DNA of 63,865 nucleotides, filler included, from Bipalium vagum (lineage: Eukaryota): NCBI GenBank assembly GCA_037834085.1. It is 3 parts of 3 records of this genome, joined end to end, with 100 filler letters (N's around TTAATTAATTAA, not from the genome) between each part and the next. Parts side by side here need not be neighbours in the genome. Positions count along the whole stretch, not along the records: positions 1 to 26,246 come from JBBMKC010154732.1; positions 26,347 to 47,701 come from JBBMKC010238553.1; 1 more part is not named here. One strand, written 5' to 3'. Under the pieces are notes generated by a model. The model was given only the letters and a program-made list of their open reading frames with translations, was not told the origin of the DNA and ran no database searches. The translations under genes and the position numbers were made by a program. Shown in pieces: positions 14,166 to 28,700 of the stretch. How positions within the stretch are numbered: the first letter of the stretch is position 1; every line of letters starts with the position of its first letter.

Positions 14166-14496
14166 TTATTTGCAAGCAACGGTCCCGAGAAAATTGGTGT
14201 TTTTTTTCAAAACTGCCTTTTTCGACCTACTTCGTTCGAGTCTGATTGTGTTCTGTGTTAATGTGGAAATTTCCGTCAATCGATTAATGAATGATTTTGG
14301 GGCTTTCAAACATGGATCCGGATAAGGGAAACATTCTAAAAAAGAGAACAAACAGGATTTGATAAGAAATATGATCAACATTAAAACCTCGGTTGTTAAA
14401 TTTCTGAAATCGATCGAATCTTGGATAAGGAAAATGTGGAACGGTTTGGATTGAAAGACAGTCATTGGCATTGGATTCCAAAATGGATGCTTTCAT
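14166..14496 (-). CDS. Candidate small two-exon host gene (14496-14388, 14335-14166; 92 aa), function unknown
   Basis: ATG ORF joined in frame to the next ORF by a 52-nt GT...TTTTAG intron of the same size class as the Elongin A introns; GC above flanks. Confidence 0.55.
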
Positions 14497-15467
14497 ATTT
14501 TGTTGGTAATAAGAAGTCCCTGGGATAATTGGAAAAGAAAAATAATAATACTTATTATTATATTATTAAAAAATATTTATCATCAACAATTCGACTGGAC
14601 AGATGACACTGACATAAAAAATGTAATTAAAATTAATTTATTTACAGTCAAATTCGGAGATACGTTTTTAAAAGAATTTAAAATTTTTAAAAACATTAAC
14701 TTTTTATGTGTTAGATTATTGAAGATGAAATTCATGAAAAGTATTTCAAGTAAGTATTATTTATTGTGCTATAACTTCAATGAATTCAACTGGCTTTGAA
14801 AACTGTGATTATCGATGCTTTAAAAAACTCTGTTATTCATTGATATTTTTAATAATTGTTTGATTCTACTTGTTTTTAGTATACTTGATATGTAAAGTTT
14901 TGATCGAAGACTCTAACTGCTCACTTAGTTATTCCCGTAATCAAAAATAACCACAATACACTTTACTTCCAATAACCCTTAATGAATCAAAATAGTAACA
15001 ATAAACTTTACTTTTAAAAAATTACAATCAAGAATCGATCACTGCACAAAGTCAAATATTATTATAAATCGAGTTACGTACTAAGAAAACAAAAATTGAA
15101 TTATTTGCATGTAGTGTTATATTTAATTAACGTTCAAAATTAAAATAAATATTTAAAAGAAAAAAATCTTCCTGGACAAGACCCTGTACGGTCGCTTCAG
15201 AGTTCCCTAACTCGACGAAACCCTTTAAAATTCCGGCTTCTACATGTTTCTAAAAGAGAAATACTTACGATCCATTTGTAATGAAAATTCTTCTGACGCA
15301 AAAATTTGGAAATTATTGCACAATTATTTAAAAGTCTATTTTCTCTATCTTTACTTTTGGAAGGCTATTTCCTTCAATGGCTTATTAATTCTCAAAATAT
15401 CAAATTTTCTTCCCTGACGTTATCTCGACAAATTTTTTATATACATTCAAATTGTTACTTGGAAATT

Positions 15468-16784
15468 ATGACTAAAATTCAACTAGATAATGAGAAAAGG
15501 GCTATCATCAATTCATATAGATCTGATGGGCTTTCTCTCTGGAAAATTTCAAAGAAAATGAATATTCTCAAAACCACAATAGCCTATACAATAAAGCGAT
15601 ACCGTGAAAATGGATCAAACAGACCATGTATCGGAAGACATTGTGTGACCACAATACAAAAAGATAGGTCAATTAAATTAGTTTCTAAGCGAAACAAACC
15701 ACTAACGGCTCACGAAATTATAGCAGATTTAAATAATGGTCATAGCAAAGAAATTTCTGTGGATACCCTTAAACGAAGACTCCAATCTGATCTTTTTGGT
15801 CGAATTGCCGTACGAAACTACTGCTGAGGTCCGGAAACAAGAAGAAACGACTTCTGTGGGTACAGAAACATAAGAATTGGACTACAGTAGACTTCAATAA
15901 AGTTTTATGGACAGCGAGTCCAAGTTTGAAGTATTCGGCAGTAACAGATGAATGTATATTAGACGTTCCAAACACGAGAAAATGATGTTGAACTGCATAG
16001 ATCCAACTGTTAAGCATGGAGAAGGTTCAGTAACAGTTTGGGTGGATTTTCATTCCCCGGAGTATGTCCTCCATACAGGGTCAAAGGTATTCTGGAACTT
16101 AAGCAATATCACAACATACTGGTTCACAAGGCAGTTCCTGCAGGAAAGCAACTTATCGGACATGGATTTGTTATGCAACAAGATATTGATCCAAAACTGC
16201 TAAACTATGTCAGTTACCTAAAGAAAAAACAGATAGATGGAACTCTGCAAATAATAGATTGGCTACCACAGTCTCAGAAATTGAATCCGATAGAGTTACT
16301 ATGGATAAATTGAATCGTTTGGTCAGAAAAAATGCGCGTCTTATCAGGAAAACCTTTGGAGCATATTAGAATATGAATGGAATAATTTAGAATCATCTAA
16401 ATTTCAAAATCTTGTCAAGCGAATGCTCAGAATGATTTTATTTGAAATTCTTATAATTTATATTTTTTTTAATTACACAAATGTTGAAGGTATCTATAAT
16501 TTATTGTTTCCATAACTTCTTTTTTACTTATCTGAAAGTTTTAACTAGAACAAAAATAAAAAATAGGTTAACTTTGGAGACTCATAACTTTGTAAATACT
16601 AATTTTTGAATTATAATCAAGATAGCCATTATTCTTAAAAAATTTTTCTCTATTTATTTCCGTCTTTGGGTAAACATGGAATATTAACCAAAAAATATTT
16701 TTATTATAATAAAATATATAATTTTTTTTATATTTTAATTTATCATTATAATATTAAGTGTCCCAATACTTTTGCACGGGAGTA
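15468..16784 (+). mobile_element. Decayed Tc1-like transposon with right TIR
   Basis: Paired-like HTH (GLSLWKISKKMNI..TTIAYTIKRY), PTVKHGEGSVTVW, MQQDIDPK, WLPQSQKLNPIELLW; end GTGTCCCAATACTTTTGCACGGGAGTA. Confidence 0.9.
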
Positions 16785-18495
16785 TACAAATAATTTTCAA
16801 TTTGGCATTTGGGTTATAACCAATGTAAGAGATAACTCTTAACTAAATATGATTTATGAAAAATTGTTTAACTAATAAGAACCTTATGTGAAATCAATAC
16901 ACAAATATCAATGGCTAATAAAATTTTTAATATTGACTTCATATTTTCTAATAAAAATTAATAATTTTTATAATGAATATTAATTAATATTTATCTTATT
17001 GATTTAATACATTAGTTTACATCAATTTTTAAAAATAAATGCCTTCAGAAATTTTAAGTGACCTTAGTTATTTGTAAGAGCAATTAATTTAATATTGGAT
17101 CTCAACATCCTAACTCAGAAAAAGTATTTCAATCATGACATAATTTTATGATTTCAAATTTTCGACTTAATAATGGCCACCAATTTTTCTTAAATACCTA
17201 ACAAGGTTTCAGAATATAATTGATTCTTTCCGTTATTTTTGATTATCATTTTTAATGTTACTGTAATTATAATAACACCTTTTAGAATAATCTGAAAGTA
17301 TTATTATTATTATCAGTGGAAGAGTAGTTAAAACAATATATTTTATTTAATTCAAGTTTCACGCTGTGCAATTATAAAACTTTAATGATTTTTCTTTAGA
17401 ATCAAATTGAAATAAAAATTGTCCAAAAAGATCGATTTTATTTATTTTGACAAATGTTCAGTCTAATAGAGAGATGTATTTTGATGAATTAATTTTGTTG
17501 TTAATTTCTCATTTGTGTAAAACAAAGATTCCTATTTAAACATAATTGGAAATCATTTTATTTAAATCATTTACTTTATAATTAAAAAAATAAGTAATAT
17601 TAAAATATTATTATGATGGAATTTATTTTAAAAATGATAAAATAGAAAAAAACACTGAACAGCATTAGAATTTTTTTTTCATAACATGTTTAGAATAATC
17701 ATTGGAGTGTAGAAAAAGACCATTGAATTGAAACATTAGAAATAACCATTATTTCATAAAATTAAAGCATGTTAAAATGAAAATATACATATAAAAGAAC
17801 ACATGAAAGACAGTCAAATCATTTTGCACATGAAAGAATCAAACCTTAAAGCACTTACATCTCTATTTTTCTTTATTTAATTATAACTTTATAATAATAA
17901 TAATTTTATAATAATAAAAATATTTTTATCATTATAAGATTAAGAATGATTTAGATACCCAGAAATTATATTAATCGAACTATTACTTCAAATGCTAAGA
18001 GTTTCTCTTTTCTCTGTTCACAGAAATATATATGCCTGTATATGCCAATATGAAAAGAGACCTATTAAATCTCATCCTTGAATATATATCCTTGATTATT
18101 GTTATCAATGAAATAAAAATATTGCCATAAAAAGCAGATTAAATCTCATAATGCGTTAGAAATAAAATAGGCACATTTTTGTAATTATTTCGATATATGG
18201 CGTAAAGACTAATTTAGCCAACTGTCAGTTAAAAGATGAAAAATATTGAAATTTTTATAACCTTTTTTGATAAATTTATCGATTTATCTCATTATTATAT
18301 TTTTAAACAGGACCGTTACAAAAATCATAAACAAAATTCCGATCACTTGGCTAATAATCCAAAGAATCAAATGTCTGAAAAATCTCTGTAACAATACCGA
18401 TCAAATGTCTGCACAATGAATATAAGAAAAACATCAAAATAAACGCAATGGAATAATGTATAATTAAAAGCAAAACTCAATTAAAATACAATATA

Positions 18496-19387
18496 CAGGG
18501 TGTCCCATAAGTCCCCTTGGAAAGTAAACTTAAATATCTTTCATTAAATTCAATCGATTGAAATTTCTATTTATATAATATTAAAGTACGTAAGTCTAAG
18601 TTTTGTTTTAATATTTAAAAATTAGATTTAGCAAATACCGCTTGATTTGAAGTTAAGAATCAAAATTGTACTTTTAATGGCCAAAGTCAACTCAATTTGT
18701 GTTGTTAAACGGAAATTAAATGCCGAATTTGGGAAAACCTCACAAAGTGAAAGTGCTATAAGAGAGACTTTTCATCGTTTTTGTGAGATAGGCTAGGTGG
18801 AAGATCGTGATCGTTCTGGAAGACCAAGGCTGATAACTGAAAATGAAGTTCAGAAAATGAGTGAAGTTATTGAAGTATGAAGATGAGACTGTTAATGGCC
18901 AAAATTGTCTATCAATGCTTCAAGACTATTTTATTCAGCAAGATGCAGCTCCTGCGCATTTTTCAATAAATGTACGACGGTATCTTGACGCTCATTTTTC
19001 AAACAGGTGGATTGGAAGAGGTGGTTCAATTCGATGGGCTCCACGTTCACCAAATTTTACTCCTCTTGACTTCTATTTATGAGGCCATTTAAAGAATAAG
19101 AGATACAAATCTGAAATCAAAAATATTGATGATTTGAAAATAAAAATTACCGAAGAAATAAAGTATTACCACAGAAACTTTGAATAGTTTTTTTAAAATA
19201 TTGTAAAAATGATGAATTTATGTATATCAGTTAATGGTAGTCATTTCGAACAGTTGTTGTAAATATTTTTATATGAAATAAAACTTAAAAGATTTTTCTT
19301 TAATTTTATAAAGCAATCGATTAAATATCTCAATCTGCTTAAGAAATATTTAAGTTTACTTTCCGCGGGGACTTGTGGGATACCCTA
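18496..19387 (+). mobile_element. Internally deleted DD41D (rosa/Visitor-type) Tc1/mariner element
   Basis: ~45-bp TIRs CAGGGTGTCCCATAAGTCCCC..GGAAAGTAAACTTAAATAT flanked by TA; QQDAAPAH...WAPRSPNFTPLD with 41 residues between the aspartates. Confidence 0.9.
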
Positions 19388-19429
19388 TAATTTAAATGAG
19401 GATTAAAAGAAAAGAAAACAAAAATATTC

Positions 19430-19760
19430 TCTCACGGAGCGATAATAGGTCCCGGGTTGTCATCTAGGTCCTTTTCAGGTCACCCAGGGATTCGCAAGCT
19501 CGCTGGGTCTCATTGTAAAATTCTCTTGCGAATAAAAGTATTTACCAAGAAAAATTCTGGAATATCTGACTTTGAAAATTCGTCTTTGTCGGGATCCAAT
19601 CCGTTAGAGAAAAATCGTCTTCGTATTATTCTTCTTGTCTTTGAAAAATTGACTATCCTATTATTCTCTCTCGGGCAAATTTTTTGGAGATAGCCGTCTA
19701 CGATTAGTCTACGATCACCAATCTCTACGCTATGAGACGGCTATTTCCTTCACAGCCCAT
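19430..19760. repeat. GC-rich interspersed repeat (LTR-like), copy 1
   Basis: Collinear with 30159-30437 (TCAGGTCACC.AGGG.TTC, GCT.GCTGGGTC, ATAGCCGTCT, TACGATCACCAATC.CTACGCT). Confidence 0.75.
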
Positions 19761-20289
19761 TAAATCCAACTTTATCTCCACCCCGAGATAAAATTAGTCA
19801 AAAAAATTTTTTATTTAATATTTCATTTCCCACATATATCAAAATCTCGCTATCAAGATTTTTATATATTACTTTTGGTAATATTTTAATATTTATAAAA
19901 TTTTTTAATTTATTATTATTAATAATAATCACCAACTCCAGGGTTTGTGCCTTTGGCAAACCCAACATAATAATATCCATTTAACTTTAGTAATTCTTTT
20001 TATTTATTATATAAATTATATAATAATATAATTTGTTATATAACACCATATAATAAATCAGTTGGTAAGGATTCTTAACTGACAGAAGAGATGATGTAAA
20101 AGTGGAATTTTTAATCACGGGTAAAACCATTCACAGTTTCGGATGACTTCGACTTTTTTTTATTATTACAACCGGTAAACAGTTTATGCAGAATATTTCC
20201 ATTTATAATATCGTTAACCGCTTGTGACATGAAAATGACAAACCACGTATTAATAATGTCTTTAATTATTTACAGATATATAATAAGAT

Positions 20290-21548
20290 TAAAGAGCATG
20301 TAAAAAGTCTGTTTAGCCCCTATAAAAATACAACTTTTAATTGAAAAGAATATTTTAAACAACAAAATTTAATAAATACACAAGTCTTAATACTTAATAG
20401 GATATCCATTTGATTTTTTGACCAATTCAAATCTTTCGGGAATCGAGAACACAATTTTCTGGCATAGATTACAAGAAAGGTTATACCATTTGCTTTGGAC
20501 TTCATTCCATAATTCTTGAGCAAAATTGTGTTTCATTGGTATTAGTTGTCGTTTAAGGATACCCCAGATATTCTCTATGAGATCTAGATCAGTAGAATTA
20601 TCTGGCCAAGGTAAAACTTCAATATTTTTATTTTTTAGGAAAGCCTGTGTATTGTTGGCCTTATGAGGTAGAGCCAAATCATGTTGAAAAACGAATGCTG
20701 CTTTTGTAAAGACTAAGCATTTTCCACATATGTCTATGTCATGAAGTATCATTTTTTGATATCTCTCGGCATTCATATTTTCATTGATTCTTTTTAGAAG
20801 TCCATCTCTATTACTGTTGAAGCTGTCCCAGACATGAATGGATGGACTATGTCCCATTAATGGTTGGTTAAAGACAGGGTTGCACTTTTCCAATGCGGTT
20901 CTTCGAATAATTTATTTGATGACGAATATGACTGAAAGAAACACTCGTCGCTGAATACCACATCTCCCCATTTATCTGCATTCCAAGAACTGTAGGTCTT
21001 GACTCAGGAATGTCTTTTGAGACATTGATGTATTTTCAAATACGGCTTATTAATTGCTGCATAACTTCGAAAACCGTTCAGAATTTTCTGGAAAAGAAAC
21101 ATTTTGCACAGAAATTGTATTGTACATACGGACAATATTATGAACAGCTAATATGCGTCTTATAGCTCGTAAAGTTTGGGGTGAAACAATAGTTGGTCCG
21201 CCATTTCTCACCTTATTTCACGCGGATCCTTTTTTCAGATATTTCTTCCAAACATATTGCATGCCGTGTTTTGTCACAGTCTTGCTGTATTTTTCAAGTA
21301 ATTCACGAGCTATTTCTGTCCAAGATTTTCCATTATTCCGTAATATAACGATTACATTTCTTTGAAATTATGTTAAATTTTTAGACATTAAACCATGTAA
21401 TTACAGATTGTTTTACACATGTCATTTAAAAATATATTATAATAACTTACAAAATTTAAATAATTTATCAATAACTAAATATTTAAACAACTAATTTTTA
21501 CAAAATCTGTATTTTTATAAGGGGTGAACAAACATTTTACGCGTACTG
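20290..21548 (-). mobile_element. Near full-length decayed Tc1-like (DD34E) transposon
   Basis: TIRs (CAGTACGCGTAAAATGTTTGTTCACCCC.TATAAAAATAC and a degenerate partner at ~20290-20330); VFSDE, FQHD...H, PWPDNSTDLDLIENIWG. Confidence 0.9.
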
Positions 21549-22743
21549 TATAATAAAAATATAGGGATCCTGTTTTTTTGACCGAAATCACCATCAAGTC
21601 TCTTTTTTGACCAATTTTATATAAAGACTTAACCTTGTCATGTTAATAATAAAAAAGGCGTATTAAATCAACAAACAACATAGTGATGGATGTTCTAACC
21701 GATGCAATTCTGATTATAAGGGAAAACAGTCTGTTATTATTCTCAGGTAATTTACGTAATACTTATAATACTTATGTTACCTTATTAATGTTTTAATATA
21801 AATGCGAACAGTTGTGGAATATATTCGAAGAATGCAAATAAAAAAAACTGATTGTATTTCATGATAGTGCTACACGCAATGGAGAGCCTATTCCCAACTG
21901 TCTAAGATGCTCACATGCAAAGAATTGAATCGATTAGGGTGAAACTGAAGACTAAGATCGTGTCAATAAAGAGCATCTTAGGAATCATATCTATATCAAT
22001 GGATGTGCCAGAAAAAATTCAATCAAGGAATTGCCAATCAATTTTTTATTTAATAAATTTGTAAATCGAAAATTATTTTTGTATTTTTGTTTGTTTTTCA
22101 AGTATCTTTTTAGAGATGGTCAAATTTATTAATATAATATTAAAACTAAAATAATAAAAAAATGATTAATTTTAATTTAAAATAAAAAAATAAAATTATT
22201 TTAAATGTATTCATTTTTAATGCCAATAATGAATTTTGAACCGAAGCAACTCAGTAGCAAAATGGTTAAGCTTAACAGTTATACTTTCTTAATATTTTTC
22301 AATATATCATTTGAAGAATTTTTATTATCCGTGTGTCAATTTTGTAAATGATTTTTATAATAATAATTATTAATATATTTTTAATATATAAGATATGAAA
22401 ATAATATTTCATATAAATTTCTAATTATTTAAATGAAATTATATAAAATTAACATTTTGAATCTTTAAATTAATTTTTTTTCTATATTTATTAAACTTTA
22501 TTAATTAACACCTTTATAAAAAATTAGTTACTTTCATAAATATTTTATTATTATTATTATAAATTGGTTTTATTTTTTCTCTATTTTTATGACAGATCAA
22601 TGAAACTTGAAACTCTACACAACAAATATGACAAGTTATGATTTAAGTTTTTAAAAAGATTTTAAATCAAGATTACACCTTAATCTAAATAGTCATTATT
22701 TGGTAATTATCTGATAATTCAATACAAAGCCTTAAAGCCTTAC

Positions 22744-25700
22744 CTTTAATTCCAATGTCAGATTTTGAAGGTAGATGCTTATAAGTCATTTTATTGTAGT
22801 CATAAACCATGGCCGCTGGTCTTGCATAATTGCCTACATGATGAGGGACATGTTGCGGGAAAATATTATTGAGAATTGAACTGTTTGGTAAAGAAAGTAA
22901 AGAGGCTTTAACAGGTGCCCAAGATCTGTTACTATTATTGTTATTATTATTATTGTTAATTTGAAGATTTCCAGAAATCAACGATGATGGCCACTTGGAA
23001 AAAGAAGATGATCCATTGATAGTAAAACAGTTATCTGATTTACCAAAATCATTTACAGAGTTACGGCAAAGATTATTCCTAAAAGGGAAATTTGAATAGT
23101 TAAAAAAACTAACTTTTCATTAAAAATTTAATAAGTACAATAAATTATTCAACTTGTAAATGTTGAATAAATTTTTTTCAGTTCTTCGTCAGTCATTAAT
23201 ATTAAACATTAAAATTCTCTAAATGATAGTACTATATTTTAAAATTCTGGTTGATTAAAATTGTTATTACTTTTTATTTTTAAAATTAAAAAAATGCAAT
23301 ATTTTTAATTAATCAGAGAACACGTTTACAATCCATTGATTTTTACTTGCTCCTATTTGAATATTAATATCTATCTGCCGTTTCTTTATTAATAATGATT
23401 CACATATCTTTCACTTTCTCTTTCATAATAATAAGATCTGGAAATGGAAGTTTTTCATCTTTTTCTTTCTCCATCTTGAATTTTATTTTTTCATGTAGGC
23501 TTTTCATGAATGTAAGAAATGTATCGATGTGATTTTCAAAATCAAATATTAAGAACACAAAATCAACGTATCTTTTATAGGCCAACGGTTTACTGCCTGA
23601 TATATTTTGAATTTTATTTCCAAGTAATTCATGAATATTGATGATAGTGTTGGTTCCATGGACGACCCCTTGGCTACTCTAGGTGTTTCTGTAAAACATT
23701 CACTGTCACATAAAAGAAACATTTTTAACAAAATTTAAGCAACTGATAGATAGAAAAGATCATTAATAAAATAATCATTACATTAATAACTAATAAAGAT
23801 GTGAAGAAAAGCGATTCAAAATAAATTAAAAATGAGGAGTACAATTTTCAAAAAGGTTTACAGCCTTCAAGAATGTAAATAAAATGGCTCATATAAATTG
23901 AATCTCGGATACAAGTATACGCCATTTTTTGAGACATGAATTACATATGAATGTAGTCTTCATTCCTTAACAAAGAATTTTCCGATTAGTTATTGAAACG
24001 TTTTCAGTAGAATAAAACTGATTCCACGCGTTGATTTACAACTGCCGATAATATATAGATCTCTCATTATTAACCTAAATTAAAACAGGAACTGTTCGTT
24101 TTCCGAGATGTGAAAGGTATTTTTAAAATCAATTACATGGTAATGACAAAACAATTAACTCCGATTATTATGTTAACCTATTGGATCAATCGGATGAAAA
24201 AATATAAAAAATCACAGTTAAAGAAGAAAATATTATTCAGCTACCAGTCGACCATTCAATTTACACTGTGACCTATTGATATCACTCGTGAAAAAGAGGA
24301 CCATCTAAAATGCAGAGATTTGTCTTAGAAGATCAATAGCAATCCAATGACAGTATTCTACCACATAAAATCAAATATGGTCTGGATGCTCGTGAAACAT
24401 ATCAATTGAACGAAAATATCAAAGAAGGTCGCTAAAGAATTGCAGTTCAAACCATGGTATACACCGAGCCACACGCAACCACGAGAAATGGTTTCTTCAT
24501 CAAATCATCACGAGAGTTATGAAATACTGTTTATAAACAAAACTTAAAGTAGTAGTTGGCTCCAGCTTACACAGCAACGCCCAGAGTTAAACAAAATTTG
24601 TAACCAAAGAAAATCATGATCCCTGTTTGATGGACTTGGGCTGGTCTCATATATATTGGGAAATAATCCAAAAAATCTGACTGTCAACAAGCACCAATAC
24701 ATGAATTAATTACGCCGAGTAAACAACATTATAAAGGAGAAGACAGGATAGACGATCTAAAGTCATTCTTCTACAGGATAACGCAAAACCGCACTCAGGA
24801 CATATCTTCAAAACTACCATCCAAAACCTCGGTTTTGGAGGTTCTTTAACACCTTCAATATTCGACAGACCACGGATTTCAAATGTGCCAAATACGAACC
24901 TCAAATTCATATTTAGAACCTTATTTATTTAAATAATATTGGTAATAAATAATATAATGTTCCAAATAGATGTACTTATTTATGTGTTACATTTTAAATC
25001 TTATTTTTGTAGATTTAATTTTTAATATAAATTTTATTAAATATTAAATGTGGAAGATAAAAAATCCAAGGAAACGAAAATTTCAAAACAAATGAGGTGT
25101 TTTATATTTTGTAATTGAACAAAAAAATTAAGCATTATGTTAGATATGTCAACATTTTATATCAGTTTTGAAAGGATACAATCTAAAGCGACACAATGAA
25201 ATATATCACAGGAATTTTAATGATATCACTGGAAATGAAAGACAAATAAAATTGGAAACGTTACGAAAGGCCGTCAATAGTCATGTTTGTATTAAAAAAT
25301 TTTTTAACCAATATGAACCTCGTGTTTTAGCTGTTATGTGCTTGCATATAAAATTACAAAAGCAGAAAACTATTTTAGAAGTAGAATTTATTTAAAACTG
25401 TATGTTAAAGATTTTTGACATAGTTTGTCCTGGTAAGAAATGATTATTATAGACATTAGCGGTTCTGAAATGATATTACCCACAAAATAGAAGATACTGA
25501 TAAGAATATTGTTAAACAATTGCAAAAAATCGGCCAGTTGAAATTCTTAAGATTGTAGAAGTTGTTATCTATGGAAAGTATGAAAGAACTTTCAAGAGGA
25601 TGAATTTAACGCGGTTGAACACGCTTTCGATCTCAAAAAGATTAAATAGAAGAACTTAGTTGGATCAGCAATCAAGATTCAATAAAATTATTAAAACTAA

Positions 25701-28700
25701 AGAATGCACAAGTCACATAATTAAATGTTGAATTTATTGACTAAAACATTCACATCTTCGTTGTCTAAAAATATATAGTTAATTTTGTTCTATTGATTTT
25801 CAACTTTTTGGTACCCAGTAATAAATAACTATTAAACTATATAACTTTTGTTTTGTGGCCAATGAAATATTTTAAACTTAACATTTTGGCCGCAGTGAAA
25901 AAATTCGAGAATCCAGCCCCAAACTTTGTGCCTGCCGATTTATATTTTTCCCCCTAGCTGTCTAACCAGATAAGAGACATTGCTTTTGAAAAGGAGCAAT
26001 GTTTAATCAATTTCTTTTTGAAAAGATATAAAAATCTCTTGAATAAAGATTTTGACAAACTGCTGGAAAGACTGGAGAAGATTCTAAAAATTAATAATAA
26101 TGAAAATTACAATATCGAATAATTTTTCTTTATTATTTTTAAACAAATTTCATTGCTTAAAAAAATATATATATACACTATCGTCCATAAGTTTAATCGC
26201 ACCTGAAAGAATTTGATTCATGTGGTTTTAAAACTTAAAAAAGAGANNNNNNNNNNNNNNNNNNNNNNNNNNNNNNNNNNNNNNNNNNNNTTAATTAATT
26301 AANNNNNNNNNNNNNNNNNNNNNNNNNNNNNNNNNNNNNNNNNNNNTATGTGTTTGATCATTTGAAATGTAAATAAAAGATATTTTATTGACGTTTTAGT
26401 CTTGTATTCAAAATGACTTAAAAGTTGATGTTTCTGTACAAATCGATTTTTCTACATTTACAAAAATTTTACTTTGGGAATTTTTGATTGGAAACACGTA
26501 GTTCAACATATTCTATCATATATTTAAATATAGACAGGATTAAAGTACTTATAATTATATATTTTCATTATTTTATCAAAATTTTAGAGGTGGCCCAAAA
26601 CATATGGACGGCATTATATATTATTTAATTAAATGTGTTGTAATTTAAAAAGTAGTATGAATAAAATATACTTTATATAATAACGGTTATTATTTAGTTG
26701 CAATGTGTTGCAAGTAAGTATGATATGACTGCGTAATTACAGATGCAATCATGTCAGTCGATAACCGATGTATATCGATTTCGGTCAGTCCGAGACGTTT
26801 GAAAACCCTATCGTTTTCTGGATCCCATGATCCAAGACAAATCAATAATTCATATAGAGACTTTAGATCAGACTTTTAATCCCAGCTCTTTGGCAAATGG
26901 TTCGTACTTCTTTTGTTTATCTTTACGATTCCTTGAGAAGTTCTCACACTCGTCGTATGGGATTTTTAAGTTTATGAGGTCTATTTTCTTTTTAATCTTT
27001 GACCGAACAATTAAATTTGGTCTTAGAGTTGTTTTGATTTCATGTGGAGTAACATCCATGTCTACATCCAGCCTGAAATCTCTAAGGAAATTCAAAACAA
27101 GCAACAACACATTGTTATGTTTAACAGTAGGCGAGTGTGGACGAGCCGGGAAATGATTTAGCACATGGGCTTGACTCTCACTTGCAAAGTTGCAAAGCCT
27201 GCAAAGAGTCGCCTTACCTTTTACTAGGTTAAAGGTACGGAGTCTTAGTGCCAAATTGTTGCTCCTGGCTTTTATAGTGAAAAACCAGTGAGCAGCCGAT
27301 AATGTGTCATTCAGCATCAATTTGTTTGATCTGATACACATTGAGTAACATGCTAGTACTCGTCCTTGCTCCTCATGACTTTTCCACCTGAGATAATAAT
27401 AATGTATCCCTATCTCTTGATGCAAAGTCATGGTTGCCTCATTTATATTCTTGTTACCGAAGAAATACTGTTTAGTTTCATCATTCGTAAGTTTCACCAT
27501 CACTTTTGACATGTTAGTTTCCTCAAACGACTTGAATTCACATTCAATATCCTTTGTCCTCAGAGCCTGAACGGAATTTCGCACTTTTGACCACCAAGTA
27601 TCCTGTGAGGTTATTTCACTTTTGAGGCTATTGCTCAACCATTTAATGGCAAGCTCCAGAATTACCTCAGTGAATCTGCGAAATCGTCTTCTGCAAACAT
27701 GTAACAGATGACTAAAAGAGATTGATCTAAATTATAGATCAATACTGATAAGGAAACATAATATTTGTATAACACCACAAATGTTATAGTCATCAAAGGT
27801 GGGGACTATGCCAAGTGCTATGGGGGTGTACAAATATGAGATATTTGTACCTCTCAATAACGTTGTATCAGTTATTGAGCGCAATTGTCTCCTTATCAGT
27901 TGATCAAATTCAACTCGCTTCACCCTATCACCTGTCTGTCTAGCACTTGGTGATGTCAGATTTGAGTACCAACAACTCTTACGAAAGTGGAACGGAAGTC
28001 TTGAATGCAAAAAGTTCTTAAAGCATTCAATCTTCTGCGCCGGGTGCAGTTGGGATTCGACAATCCGCTAGAAATCGTCTAAAATCCCACAGAGGATTTT
28101 ATCCATTCCCATGCGTTTTCCCTGACCTTGGAGCATTCCAAGGTACAAGTAGTGATTGTTTTTATTAATCCTCGAGATTGTTTCCCCATATATTTTAATA
28201 CTAAAGTCTTCGCTAGCTTCAGTACTAAAATACCTACATTTTTATATAAATTTTATATAAACTTTACTTATCTTATCATTCACCTCCTCCATTATGGCCT
28301 GGAGTTCATCGACTAATCTGGCAAAAATTACCAGATCATCAGTGTAAGCCAGCGCCGGTACAACATTATAATGAACCCAAAATGGATTTACTCGTTGAGC
28401 GAAAAAATCTTTATAATTAAGTTAATACTGAGGCAGAATATATGGACATCTCTTTCAGGACAGTAATGAAATTAGTAGTGATCGAGCCACACTGATACAC
28501 CGTCATGACATTACGATAGAGTTCTTTTATCAATGAGATCGTAGTCATTCATTCCGCATTTCGCCAACGTGTGCCATAAGAGTTCATGAGGTATTGATCC
28601 AAAAGCATGAGCAATATCAGTTCAACAAACTGGGATTTTGTTGTGTTTCGAGCTCTCAATGATACTCATTATGATTCCGTTATGATAAGCACACTCATCG

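Noticed and set aside
15171-15235. Two short stems with TGAAG/GAAAC resembling a hammerhead
   Set aside because: Core motifs are not in the required CUGANGA-stem-GAAA order on either strand
26291-26302. TTAATTAATTAA palindrome within N runs (also ~47746-47757)
   Set aside because: Identical 100-nt construct at both gaps; a six-frame-stop scaffolding linker, not biology
8301-26616. Matching inverted Tc1 TIRs 18 kb apart as a composite transposon
   Set aside because: The right TIR lies beyond an assembly gap and has a nearer candidate partner at 26176; independent copies are the simpler explanation
26665-26692. CCGTTA..TATATAAA at the NeSL 3' end as a spliced-leader target
   Set aside because: Match is too short and AT-rich; no SL intron or Sm site seen
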